A DNA stretch of 52,798 nucleotides, taken from contig PS015559.1 in the NCBI GenBank assembly GCA_048213135.1, forward strand, positions 1 through 52,798, read 5' to 3'. The notes beneath the pieces were generated by a model. The model searched no databases and was not told where the DNA came from. It saw only the letters and a program-made list of their open reading frames with translations. Position 1 is the stretch's first letter; each line of letters starts with the position of its first letter. The translations under genes were made by a program, and so were the position numbers. Positions 29,901 through 42,223 of this stretch are shown here, one piece after another. The DNA comes from Reclinomonas americana ATCC 50394. Taxonomy: Eukaryota.

Positions 29901-32508
29901 ACTCGAATGCACACGAGACAACAGCCGGAGATACTTGGCAAAGGCTGTGGTGGCCGCAGCCTGCACGTACTCGGCTGAGGCACCACCACGCCTACTCACG
30001 GAAGGTTAGTGTGAGAGGCACACGCATTGGGCAAATGTGGAGTGCAGGTGAGCGACGCAACGTATCGGTGATGCCAGCCTGCAGCATAAGCAGAATGTGT
30101 GGCTGTGCCGATTCTTCAGAGGTGAACTCGGCGGGAGGAGAGGACTGCGAGAAGAGCGCGGCCGCATCTGACACGCGACGAATGGAAGGGATGAGCGCGG
30201 CGAAACATTGAGCGAGTGACACGCGCGCCAACACTTACCCTTGTAGACCATTTCACGGAATTCAACATTGTCCTTGTTGCCCTCGCTGAGCAGGAAGCCG
30301 AGAATCTCCAAGGACAGCGACTGCAACAGCTCCTGCTCAGACACACTGCGTGCGTATCCGGTCGGTTAGCACCATCAACCATTCTCTCTCTCCCTGTGCC
30401 TGCAGGCGCATGACACGAACCCGGCGAGCTTGGCAGCCTGGCGCCAGTTGCGCAGAGCACTGTCACGAATCGGCAGCGAGGCGTGGAACGCGTTCTTGTG
30501 CAGGCGGCTCAGCAGCGGCGTCAGGTATGCCTGGCAACGAGACAGCAGGCGCGGTTAGCGACCAACGGCAGGACTGCTTTGCAAGATCACGGCCAGGCAC
30601 CTGAATAAATGCCGGCAGTTGTGTTTGCAGCAGATACAAGCCGGAACCACCGGCATCCAGCAGGGACGGGTCCGTGCTTGTCAGCGCGCACATCAACAGC
30701 GGCATGACATACGTGTCGAACAGCTCACGGACATCGTCCTGCGCCAAGGATTGATTCAACTGACGAACACGCGCATGCAGGCACGCACACAGGGAAGGTA
30801 CCTTGACGGAGAGTGATTGCATGGCGCCGACCAGTGCGTCCACCGACGATCCAGACGACGACGAGGATGGTGCCGGTGCCGCACACTGTGAGATGAACAA
30901 GTTGACTGCCGCCAGGACGGCCGAGGCCGCTGCTGTACCGCCTTGCCTGCGCACGAAGAAGATGTGAATCGGTGGCGGCGCCGCAGATTGTGCACAATGG
31001 CCTCCACAGACCGCTTGAAGCCATCGATCACATCGCCCAGCATGGCGGCGAAGATTTCGACGACCACCGGGCGAGACAGCTGACTGGCCTGCACACACAC
31101 GCGGCGTGAGGTCACCGTGGCTGGAGCGCTCAATATAGATGCAGACGGAGCGGTACGTGCCAGTTGCCGATCTTGCACCAACAGCAAGAGCGCATACGCA
31201 ATACCGTGGTCGTGCTCCCATCGCTCAGACTTGGCACGCTCGGCCACCATGCGACGCGCGACCGCGTCCGACGCATCACCCGACGCCTTGGTGAAGGCGC
31301 ACAACAGTCGAGCGTTGTGCTTGCGCACGTCAATGTTGTCGTCGTTCACGCGCTCACTGACAATGTCGACGGCCACCGCCGTTCGCAACGCATCCGTCCA
31401 CAGAGCCGGCTCGACTGATCCGCGCGTCTGCAGGATGCGCACCAAAGCACGCACGGCGTACTGTCGCACGTAGTACGAGAGGGTGGGATTGCCCTTGTAC
31501 GATGTGCAGTCAATGACCGCAGAGAGCAGAGCGCTGCCACACACGATAAGCAAGTGATGAAGGCATGATGAATGCGGGAGCCGCAAACCAACCTGAACAC
31601 CTCGGGCGTCACTCCTCGGCACTTGGCCAACAAGTACCCGATGCTAATCATGTGTCCCTCCAGTGCATCCTCCACATCGTCGCCACGCACACGCGCACCA
31701 CGTTCCAGTTGCTGCCAGATCTCGTCGAGCAACTCCATATCCAACACCGCAGCCAGCGTCCCAAAGCACTGCATCGATCCATGAACAACAACAACCTACA
31801 AGCGACGACTCCCAGTCCATGGCATGCTCACCTGCCCGACAGCATCACGCACTTCGCGCTTGGGCGACGACACGCCACTGAGCAGCAACTCGAGAAAGTT
31901 GTGCTCCATCTCGGGGAACCGCTGATGCAAGATCTCCACAGTGGTCTCACGATCGCATGCTGCACCGCAGATGAGCGCAAGAGGCAAAGAAGAACATGTG
32001 TATGTGTCTACAGTCGAAACTCTTGAAGACGTGCATCATGGCAAAGGCGCCAAACTGCTTGAACACCCACTGCTGGTACCCAAAGAGACGCATGAGCAGT
32101 GGCACCGCACGATGCCACACACCACTGACATCCACGCCGCTCTTGAACGCATCCGCGACACGATCCAGTGCACGCAGAATCGGAATGTAATCAATCACTT
32201 CGCCTCTGTGTGTGTGGAGGAGGGGCAAGTTGAGAAGAGGGCGATGGCGCGAAAAACTTGACACACACGCGCGCGCGCAATCACAAAAGACAACTCACGC
32301 AACTCCTGACGACGTGTGATGAATGACTCGAGCTCCGCCAGCACTGGTTCCCAGCTGCACAGTGAGCAGTGTGTGAGTGTGAGTGAGAGTGAACAGAGAG
32401 AGAGAGAGAGCAGAGAGAGAGAGTGACGTGTTGTCGCAACTATGCAGGCGCACACAGCCAGTCACGGCTGACGTGCTCATAGGCTTGTTCGAGCACAGGA
32501 TCGTCCAT
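26982..32508 (-). CDS. Large multi-exon HEAT/ARM-repeat-like alpha-solenoid protein
   Basis: More than 20 short exons. HEAT-like turns: SSPKREVRDAVGQ|CFGTL, PTLSYYVRQYAVRALVRIL, NDDNIDVRKHNARLL, FHDLDAVRYPAMSVY. Probable start MDDPVLEQAY at 32508 and probable stop TGA at 26982-26984. Ortholog not identified. Confidence 0.65.
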
Positions 32509-32674
32509 AGAACGCGCACACAGACAGACAGAGACGAGTAGAGCTTGACAGAGGGAGGGACACTGCAGGACACATAGATTCGCTCGTCGTCGTTGGTGTG
32601 AGAGCACAGATGCTGCTGCTGTGGCGCACACTGCGTGCCACACAAGCACCACTGCTGCTGTCGCGATCACCAGC

Positions 32675-33826
32675 ATGCGTCGCGATACCACTGATGAGAT
32701 TCCACTCGACCTCCTCAGAGAAGAAAGAGGAAGGCATGTGCAGCTTCTCATTCTGCGTAAAGAGAGACACAAGCTGATTGTTGTTGTCTGCAGCTGGTGG
32801 CAGTGGCAATGGTGGTGGGGAAGAGGAGAAATCATCGCGTGGTCACTGGTGGTCGTCTTCTTGGTCGTCGTTCTACGGTCTCCCGTCGCACTTGCGCGGA
32901 TTCAGTGCGGTTCTGCTGTTTGCCGCCGCCAGTTTGTTTGTGTATGAGCCGGGCGTCGATTGTTGGGAGACCATGCTGCGAGGGTGAGTGAGTCTGTGCG
33001 CGTCCGGATCCTTGCAGATGCAGATGCGCAGCGTACACAAGGTGATCGTTTGCGCGTTGTGTTGTGGGCAGTGTGGTGTCGACGACGTGGAAGAAGGCGT
33101 CGACGGCCACCATCACCGAGGCGCATGTGTGCCAGTTTCACTCGGATGGCGAAATCGGTCAGCTGTGCTGTTGGTTTTCTACGTACAAGTACAGTACAGC
33201 GATCGCTCATCGTAGTTGCATGCGCAGTCAAGCGGCTGCATGTGCGCTACGATTTCCGCACACACGACGATGATATCATTCAGGGACGCCGGCACTCGTA
33301 CCTCATTCGCTCCATCGACGACGCCAATGAGGTGTTGCTCAACGGGTTCGTAACGCTGCTGCCTTGGCGACTGGTGTCGTTTGCAGCCTCAATTCCTCCC
33401 CCCTGCAGACTCGCACCAGGCTCGAAAGTGCCGGTGCACTACGATGTGGCGAATCCCGAGAACGCTGTGCTGGTACCCGGCTACGCGTGGTCGCACTTGC
33501 TGTCGGGCGATGTCGGCTTCCGGCGGCAAGGTCTCTTCCACTGGTTCCACTTGTTGACGTGGACGCAGTTGGTGGCGGCCGCCGCAGCCGTGCTTATTCA
33601 GCGCAGTCCACTATCGCTGTTGGCCAACCTGAGCATCGTCATGCTGCCGTTGCCGCGGGCACTGTGGAACGTTTTTGGCGGTGGCGCGCTCACCAAGACC
33701 GACAACGACGTGCAGGGCGAGTGGGAGAGTGTGCATGTGGCCGACGGCGCCGTGCAATGTCTCAATCCTCACTGTGCCAACGAGCCAGCGAGACCACCCG
33801 TCGACGGTCAGATCATCACCGTGTGA
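32675..33826 (+). CDS. DUF3592-like membrane protein (start uncertain)
   Basis: TM segment FSAVLLFAAASLFV, then STTWKKASTATITEAHV, LHVRYDF and LAPGSKVPVHYDVANPENAVL (matches the GxxVxVxYDPxNPxxAxL pattern), followed by further hydrophobic segments. Confidence 0.62.
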
Positions 33827-33910
33827 AGCAACGAAATAATAGTTCACACCACGGTGCTTTTTATATTTGTATATACTCTTGTCTCACACCACGGTCACAT
33901 GCATTCAGTG

Positions 33911-36900
33911 TCACCGTCGGTCGTCGTCATGCGGCCGCCCACCACGTGCGCCCGTCTTGCCCCGACGCATTTTCGAGGCCTCGACAAACACCGAGGTGNN
34001 NNNNNNNNNNNNNNNNNNNNNNNNNNNNNNNNNNNNNNNNNNNNNNNNNNNNNNNNNNNNNNNNNNNNNNNNNNNNNNNNNNNNNNNNNNNNNNNNNNNN
34101 NNNNNNNNNNNNNNNNNNNNNNNNNNNNNNNNNNNNNNNNNNNNNNNNNNNNNNNNNNNNNNNNNNNNNNNNNNNNNNNNNNNNNNNNNNNNNNNNNNNN
34201 NNNNNNNNNNNNNNNNNNNNNNNNNNNNNNNNNNNNNNNNNNNNNNNNNNNNNNNNNNNNNNNNNNNNNNNNNNNNNNNNNNNNNNNNNNNNNNNNNNNN
34301 NNNNNNNNNNNNNNNNNNNNNNNNNNNNNNNNNNNNNNNNNNNNNNNNNNNNNNNNNNNNNNNNNNNNNNNNNNNNNNNNNNNNNNNNNNNNNNNNNNNN
34401 NNNNNNNNNNNNNNNNNNNNNNNNNNNNNNNNNNNNNNNNNNNNNNNNNNNNNNNNNNNNNNNNNNNNNNNNNNNNNNNNNNNNNNNNNNNNNNNNNNNN
34501 NNNNNNNNNNNNNNNNNNNNNNNNNNNNNNNNNNNNNNNNNNNNNNNNNNNNNNNNNNNNNNNNTTTCCACGCATTGAACTCCTCCTCGTTGTTCTCGTC
34601 ATCCGACGTGTCGGGCATGTCCTCGTCGGAGCTGAATTCACCCTTCTTGGCGGCCTCCTGTGCACGTGTGAAAAAGTGATGAGTTGTGCGCATTGGAGGA
34701 GAGGAAGTGGCGAGACGAACCTCCTCTTTTCGGATCTCCTGCACCAGCATCTGGTGCGTCTCCTTCTTGCGCTCCTCTAGCCGCTTCAGACGCTCCTCCT
34801 CCAGCTTCTTGTCCTCCTCCTCACGTCGCTCACGCTCGAGAATGGTGTCGCGCTCCGACTTGGACACAAACTGTGGCTTCATCATGCGCGCCAGACCGAA
34901 TCCCGTCTCCTCCTCCTCGTCAGTCTCCGTCTCGTACTCGCTCGATTCATCGTCACCCTCGTCGGTCTCCTCCTCCTCTTCCTCCTCACGCGCCATGAGC
35001 TCCTCCTCCTCCTTCGCCATCATGGCCTGCCGTCTGCAGCGGGTGGCGGAGAAGGTGAGAGGGAGGAAGAGAAAACAGGGGTAGAGGAGGGGCGGCGCAA
35101 CTTGGCGAGCGCACGACGGCGACGATCTTGAATCTCCTCCTCGTCCTCGGATGATACCTCGTGTCTGGCCACGCTGCACAACCAATCATTCGTGTGAGTC
35201 GCCTCACCTGGAAACACCTGCTTCTCCAAAAAAGGAAACGCAACACTCGCGCGCCACCACCCTCCTCATCATCCGACATGGCCATTGGCTGCGCCTCATC
35301 CTCCGCCGCGGCTTTCTTGCTCTCCGCTGCCGCAGCAGCAGCAGAGGCAGCACTGACAATCTCCGCCTCGTGAATGCGTCGGCGATGCGACTGCGCCGCC
35401 TTGTCGGCATCCACATGCACATCGCGAAGACGCGCAAGACGTGGGTCCTCTCTGCATGGGGGAGAAGGGAGGGTGAGAGGGTGAGGGGAAAAGAGGGAAG
35501 GGGGAGAAGGGGGAAGGGGGAAGGGGGAAGGGGGAAGGGGAAGGGGTGAGAGAGAAAGTGGAGAGAGAAACAGAGAGGGTGAGTTCAGTGGAGAACGACA
35601 GGAGGATTGCAGGCGAGGGAGAATGAATGAATGCTTGTAGGTATGCTACTGAGCAACAGGGGGGACTGCAGGGGCGTGAGAGGGGCGAGTGAGGCGGCGA
35701 GGGAGAGAGAGAGAGGGGAAGGTGACGACAGGCGGATTGCAGGGGAGGGAAAATGAATGCTTGTAGGCGCAGGGTCAGCAGGTTAGTGAGCAACAGGGGG
35801 GATTGCAGGGCGAGTGAGAGGCGAGTGAGGGGCGAGAGAGAGAGAGAGGAAGGGGGGAGGGTGGGGAGAACGGCAGGTGAGGGAGAATGAATGCTTGTGT
35901 ATGCAGGGTCAGTAGGTTAGTGAGCAACAGAAGGGATTGCAGGGCGAGTGAGGGGCGAGAGAGAGGAGGGACAAGGTTGAGTCTCAGTCTCCCTCTTTCC
36001 TCACTCAACTTGCGTTGAATNNNNNNNNNNNNNNNNNNNNNNNNNNNNNNNNNNNNNNNNNNNNNNNNNNNNNNNNNNNNNNNNNNNNNNNNNNNNNNNN
36101 NNNNNNNNNNNNNNNNNNNNNNNNNNNNNNNNNNNNNNNNNNNNNNNNNNNNNNNNNNNNNNNNNNNNNNNNNNNNNNNNNNNNNNNNNNNNNNNNNNNN
36201 NNNNNNNNNNNNNNNNNNNNNNNNNNNNNNNNNNNNNNNNNNNNNNNNNNNNNNNNNNNNNNNNNNNNNNNNNNNNNNNNNNNNNNNNNNNNNNNNNNNN
36301 NNNNNNNNNNNNNNNNNNNNNNNNNNNNNNNNNNNNNNNNNNNNNNNNNNNNNNNNNNNNNNNNNNNNNNNNNNNNNNNNNNNNNNNNNNNNNNNNNNNN
36401 NNNNNNNNNNNNNNNNNNNNNNNNNNNNNNNNNNNNNNNNNNNNNNNNNNNNNNNNNNNNNNNNNNNNNNNNNNNNNNNNNNNNNNNNNNNNNNNNNNNN
36501 NNNNNNNNNNNNNNNNNNNNNNNNNNNNNNNNNNNNNNNNNNNNNNNNNNNNNNNNNNNNNNNNNNNNNNNNNNNNNNNNNNNNNNNNNNNNNNNNNNNN
36601 NNNNNNNNNNNNNNNNNNNNNNNNNNNNNNNNNNNNNNNNNNNNNNNNNNNNNNNNNNNNNNNNNNNNNNNNNNNNNNNNNNNNNNNNNNNNNNNNNNNN
36701 NNNNNNNNNNNNNNNNNNNNNNNNNNNNNNNNNNNNNNNNNNNNNNNNNNNNNNNNNNNNNNNNNNNNNNNNNNNNNNNNNNNNNNNNNNNNNNNNNNNN
36801 NNNNNNNNNNNNNNNNNNNNNNNNNNNNNNNNNNNNNNNNNNNNNNNNNNNNNNNNNNNNNNNNNNNNNNNNNNNNNNNNNNNNNNNNNNNNNNNNNNNN

Positions 36901-36949
36901 NNNNNACTTTCACCTTGTCCTTGCCACCAGGAACGAGACCAGCAGACAT
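33911..36949 (-). CDS. MFAP1: Microfibrillar-associated protein 1 (spliceosomal B-complex protein, Spp381 homolog); two internal gaps
   Basis: SSEYETETDEEEE...MKPQFVSKSERDTILER, coiled-coil EERKKETHQML, and DTSDDENNEEEFNAWK. Candidate start MSAGLVPGGKDKVK. Confidence 0.88.
35600..35970. repeat. Degenerate tandem repeat (about 3 copies, about 130-bp period), purine-rich, inside an MFAP1 intron
   Basis: AATGAATGCTTGT...TGAGCAACAG...GA(T/C)TGCAGGG recurs near 35626, 35752 and 35886, preceded by a (GGGGAA)n run at about 35495-35547. Confidence 0.8.
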
Positions 36950-37153
36950 TGCCCTTACTTTGTCAACAATCACAATGAGACTGCACAGGACATCCACCAT
37001 TCACCTCCTTTTTCTCTTCATGCCACCTATGGTGGTACTATCGCTTGCCTCAGCTAACACGCGACACGCTGCTTCGTTGTTGTCGCGCGCAAAAAAGAGT
37101 TATCGACGTTCGACGTTCTTTTTTTTCAGACGCGCGCGCTTGTTTGAGAGAGA

Positions 37154-38327
37154 ATGGCCTCCTCGTCATCCTCGCCACCCTCGTCCCACGCAATGCCCGC
37201 AGCCGCGCACCGCATGCAGTGGCGAGTGCGCTCATCTGCACCACTGCGTCTGCGCACTCCTCCTGCTTCTGTGCCTGCTTCTGCTTCAGCTGCTGCACCA
37301 GTGGAAGAAAAGGAGTTGTCGTCGCCGGCGACAGTGCTGCCCATGCGTGACTCACCGCGACTGTCCTCGCTCACTCCGTCGTCGTCGGTGGGCTCGTCAT
37401 TGTCGTCGTATGGCATGCGAGGTGAGGCTTTTAAGTTTCCGAACAAATGCTAGACTGCTCTTCCTTGGCCTCGTTGTCTCGCTCTTTCTGTGCATATGAC
37501 GCTCCCTCCACCTCATTACTCACTCTTTCCTTGCCTTTTTTGTGTCTTTTTAAAAAGGATCTGCTTCGAGCGGGTCTCTGGCCGGTCGTGATCGCGAGGT
37601 GCTGACGGGTGTGGTGCCGGGGCAAATGTTTGGTGCCGAGGTCGCCGACGACTGTGTTGGCGACTGTGCGCTCATTGTGTTGCATGAGTTGCGTATCAAA
37701 CCAGCGTGCGGCACCTTTTCCTAGCAGGCCTTTAATTGTTTCTTCGTTGTCGTGGCAGTGCTCGTGGTTCCGACGATCATGTGGCGTCGTTGGCGCTGTT
37801 TTTCCACACCGCCTTGCAGTGTCGAGTGGTGGTGCCGGATCTGTTTCGTGGCGAGGTGCTGACAGATGCGCAGGTGCGTGTGTTTGCCTTTACCGCGGCT
37901 GTGCACGAGCTCACCTCGCGCGCGTGCACCACAGATCGCTCTTCGTATGCGCAACTTTGACTGGGAGGCGGCCATGGACGATGTGTATGCGGTGATTCAT
38001 GGCGTGCGGTGCCAGCGTGTTGCCATTGTCGGATTTGGGCTCGGCGGAGCGCTGGCTGTGTTGGCGGCCAGCCGGCCAGTGCCGGTGCTCAGTCCGTCGT
38101 CGTCGTTTCACGAGGCAGCAGCGCCTACCGCGACGACGATTGTGGCGTGTGCCACCATTGGCGGTATTCCACCGCGTAGCATGTGGAGTGCCACTGAGTT
38201 GGCGGTCGATGGCATCCAGGGGCACTTTGGCAACGACGACGAGACCACCGATGTGCGCGCGGCGGACGAATTCGAGACCCTGCTGGCCACCTCGCCGGTG
38301 CCCGACTGCACAGTGTGGCGGTACCCT
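37154..38327 (+). CDS. Dienelactone-hydrolase-family alpha/beta hydrolase region lacking the nucleophile Cys; possibly the N-terminal part of the next CDS
   Basis: Spliced translation ALIVLH|DARGSDDHVASLA...VVVPDLFRGE|...FDWEAAMDDV...RVAIVGFGLGGALA...IQGHFGNDD...VWRYP, which then enters a 20-N gap. Confidence 0.78.
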
Positions 38328-38387
38328 NNNNNNNNNNNNNNNNNNNNTGCGACTACACAGCGGGCTGTCACCGCCTCTGTGTGACAG

Positions 38388-40530
38388 CAATCCAGTGCTG
38401 CGATCCGGGTGGGGCTTCAAGGAGGGCGAGAAATGGACAGCGGTTGCGTCATCGTCATCGTCGTCGTCATCGTCGTCACTCGCTTGCTCGTCTCACTCTG
38501 ATGATGGTTTAGTGGAGGAGACGCTACTTTACCCTCCGTCTCACCGACCTGCGGTACGCTGCCAAGGCGGAGAGTGGCGACACGCGCGGCTGCATTCCCT
38601 CGTCATCCGTCCGCGCAGTCACGTGTGAAGACAGTCGGAAAGGGCGGCCGTGGGCCGTGTGCATACACACTGAGCGGCTCGACAAAGGTGAGTTGGAAAG
38701 AGATTGCTGGGGGTCTCACGCGAGCTGACGTGCTGCATGCAGGTCCACGGGAGTACTGGTTGACCTTTGAGTCGGAGAGCGAGTGGCGCGGGTGGCTGGT
38801 GGCGCTGACCGAGTGGAGAGTGACCTCGTCACAGTTCGAATACGGCAAGGGGGAGTCGCCGCTGGGAACCCTGGTGGCGTTTGGTGCGTGTGCCTCCCTT
38901 GCCCGTTTCCGTGCGCTTCGTGCGACTGTGACGACTCATTTTTTCGTTTGCATGCAGGCGCTGCCGGCTCCGGAGTGTCGACGTTGTGCAGTCACGCCAA
39001 GATGCTGTGGGGCGGTGGTCTGCTACCGGTGGAGGCGGAGCTGTTGGTCGAACTGTTTCGTGACTCGCGATTCTGCTCTCTCACCTCTCCTCCCGCCCTC
39101 TTCTCACTCCCCGTCTTGGCGCTGTGCAGAATTCGGAGCACAGCGACGTGCGTAGTCGAAGTGATGGCTTGCGTTCAAGAAGCTGTACTCACCCTCTCTG
39201 CCTGCAGGCATGGCATCGCGAGAATGCTGGAGGCGCATGAAGAGCTGCAGCTCTCCTTTGACAACCCCGCCAATGAGGTGTGTGTTTGTGCGCGTGTGCT
39301 CCTGACTGCGCGTCTCTCATGCTCAGCCACCCGTCGATGCCTCCAGGCGCAAGCACGACAAGTGCTGCAGGCGGTGTACGAGAATGAGCCGCTCTCGACG
39401 GAGCTGGCTACGGGTATCGAGCAACTCTTTGCCGACAGCTGTTGCGTGTCGAGTGGCTGTCAAAGAGCGATGCTTGTTTCCCCTCTCATATGTCTGTTAC
39501 AGCCATGCGGCTGGTGCGCGCACAACGAGACGAGTATGGCATCGACGATGGCACTCTGTAGTTGCGCCACCTCTGCCGTGCTCGTGCTACCCCGCTCTTC
39601 CCGCGCCAACGTTGTCTTCTCGATCTGCAGCTTCGTACAACAGGCGGCCAAGATTGCGGATCCACTGTTTGCCCCGACCTCCGCAGACATGGTGAGATGT
39701 TACCGCTGCACCGGCCAGACCACGTTGTTGAGCGGGAGATCGCCGTTGAGGTTGGTGAAGCGAGGCCAAATATTGTGAGGTACTGCGACTTACTGTGCTT
39801 GTGTGCAGATTACTCGAGAGCGGAGGGAGTCGGATGGAGCACGATTCATGGACAAAGTTGTCGAGCACGCTGGCCCGAGCAGACACTGTTATTCTGTTTC
39901 TCGTGGCCATGAGCGAGTTGCGTGCACTGTGCCACAAAAACAGTCAGGGTGTGTGCGATGCATGCTGACTGGCGTGAGCACAGGTTCGATCGACCTTCGT
40001 ACATGGACGACAGCATGCGACTCTTCGACGAGTGGGTGAACCAGGATCTCTCGTTTGCACGGTTTGTTCTCGCCACACACCTGACTTGTCGCGCCAAAGT
40101 GACTCACACACTGGCTGCCGCAGGCCGGTTCTACTGCTGCTAGTCAAATACGACAGGTTTCGTGAGCGTCTCGAGCAGGAGCCGGAGGCATTTGGCCGAG
40201 CGTTTCCCGAATTCAGACGTGCGTCTGCCTGTGCAATCCTCGTTGACTTTATTCTTTGCGTTCTACGGCTGACCTGTGAGCAGCACTGGCGGATGGCACG
40301 GATGCGACACAACAAGCCTGTCAGTACCTGGAGAACCAGTTCATGCATCTGAACAAGAATCCGGAGCGAGAGGTCCACGTGCGAATCATTTCGGCGACCA
40401 GTACGCCTCACGTCAGGTGCGTTGAGCCACCCTCTCTCTGGCGACCCACAAGTTTCTCATTTTTTTGCTGTCTGCACACAGAGACGCCATGAACGACGCC
40501 GTGGCCATGCTGAGAAGAGCTCAAAAGTAG
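38388..40530 (+). CDS. PH domain fused to a degenerate heterotrimeric G-protein alpha domain
   Basis: PH domain: LRSGWGFKEGEKWTA|WRRRYFTL...RGCIP...REYWLTFESESEWRGWLVAL. G-alpha domain: LVAFG|AAGSGVSTL, YFVQQAAKIADPLFAPTSADMVR, LLESGGSRMEHDSW, VILFLVAMSE|FD, MDDSMRLFDEWVN, PVLLLLVKYD, IISATS. Stop TAG at 40528-40530. Confidence 0.82.
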
Positions 40531-41234
40531 TAAATGTCTTCAGCAGCTGGTAGTCACGGTTGTCAGCTCTCCGTTTACGACAGCCAGGCAGGAGGTGCAC
40601 TTGCTCAAAAAATACACACAAACACCATGAACACACACAGTACAATCCTACTGTTGTGGAGGTGGACGGTGCAGTGCTAGTAGTNNNNNNNNNNNNNNNN
40701 NNNNNNNNNNNNNNNNNNNNNNNNNNNNNNNNNNNNNNNNNNNNNNNNNNNNNNNNNNNNNNNNNNNNNNNNNNNNNNNNNNNNNNNNNNNNNNNNNNNN
40801 NNNNNNNNNNNNNNNNNNNNNNNNNNNNNNNNNNNNNNNNNNNNNNNNNNNNNNNNNNNNNNNNNNNNNNNNNNNNNNNNNNNNNNNNNNNNNNNNNNNN
40901 NNNNNNNNNNNNNNNNNNNNNNNNNNNNNNNNNNNNNNNNNNNNNNNNNNNNNNNNNNNNNNNNNNNNNNNNNNNNNNNNNNNNNNNNNNNNNNNNNNNN
41001 NNNNNNNNNNNNNNNNNNNNNNNNNNNNNNNNNNNNNNNNNNNNNNNNNNNNNNNNNNNNNNNNNNNNNNNNNNNNNNNNNNNNNNNNNNNNNNNNNNNN
41101 NNNNNNNNNNNNNNNNNNNNNNNNNNNNNNNNNNNNNNNNNNNNNNNNNNNNNNNNNNNNNNNNNNNNNNNNNNNNNNNNNNNNNNNNNNNNNNNNNNNN
41201 NNNNNNNNNNNNNNNNNNNNNNNNNNNNNNNNNN

Positions 41235-41488
41235 CAATCAATCAGCATACACGCTTGCACTCACACAAGACGCATAGAATGCACACCTGTTGATGCTGTA
41301 ACCTGCACACGCGCACGTAAAGAAAGAGAGAGAGAGAGAGAGAGAGGAGAGACATGCATGAGTGGTGACAACAACAACAACAACATCTTATGAACGGCAG
41401 TGAGCGAACCAAAGAACTCGGTGACAATCTCAGTGGATCCACGCAGTGTGATTGTGTTCTTGGCCGCTTGTGAGGTGGCCGCTGCCAT
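41235..41488 (-). CDS. MAD2: Mitotic spindle checkpoint protein MAD2 (HORMA domain), 5' exons only; remainder in gap 40685-41234
   Basis: MAAATSQAAKNTITLRGSTEIVTEFFG|YSINS matches the MAD2 N-terminal ITLRGSxxIVxEFFxxxINS. Confidence 0.88.
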
Positions 41489-41573
41489 TCTCTCGTCTTT
41501 ATTGACTTACACGTAACGGTCGACAAACGTGAATTTTCACGCACTTTTCTTGTTTCCTCCGCGACAAGGCACT

Positions 41574-42038
41574 ATGGACGACATTGGCATGAACAGCGAG
41601 TACCAGGTATGCGCGCCCGGCCGTTCTTATGCCGCCCTGTTTCCTTACACGCTGTGCAGGCGGGCGACATGGCCGGCTCGTATGCAGGTTTGTCTCTCCT
41701 GCTCTCCTCCACGCATGTTGTTTCTGTTCTTATGCGAGTTTGTGTGGTGTGGCAGCGGAGGGTGGACAGCCCTTCCAGGTGCCGAGCGGTGTGGGCCAGC
41801 AGTTGCGTGTGTGTGTTTGTTGTTGGCGTGAGATTGCCCGCGCAACACACGCACTCACGCTCTTTGTCTCTCCCTCGTGCTCGCTTGCTGTTGTTGTGCC
41901 ACACCAGGTACGCCGAGGGCTTTGTCTCCGGCTACGAGAGCGTTGCGTCTGGAGTGCGTGTGTTCGTGTTTTGTCTTGTTTTCTTTCTCACGTCATGTTC
42001 ATGATACGCAGGCCAACGAGTTCCAGAACTCCACTTGA
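41574..42038 (+). CDS. Five-exon microprotein (55-59 aa), function unknown
   Basis: Four GT-AG introns with mutually consistent phases give MDDIGMNSEYQ|AGDMAGSYAA|EGGQPFQVPSGVGQQ|YAEGFVSGYES(VASG)|ANEFQNST*. Confidence 0.7.
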
Positions 42039-42223
42039 AGGAAGGGAGAGCGAGGTGTCTGTGTACGATGATGATGAGGGAGTGCAATGCACAAATCGCT
42101 GCGTGTGGGAATTCTTCTCGCGTTCGATTTGTTCGAAACCGTTTGCATTCGCGGGAAACACATCGAAGCCCACTTATCCACCTTCAGCTGCTGCCTGTTT
42201 CAAGGTTGGAAAACAACTATTTA

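Noticed and set aside
39690-39810. Apparent frameshift in the G-alpha switch I region
   Set aside because: A phase-2 donor AG|gttggt near 39751 restores the frame into LLESGGSR, so no frameshift is needed. The junction is unverified.
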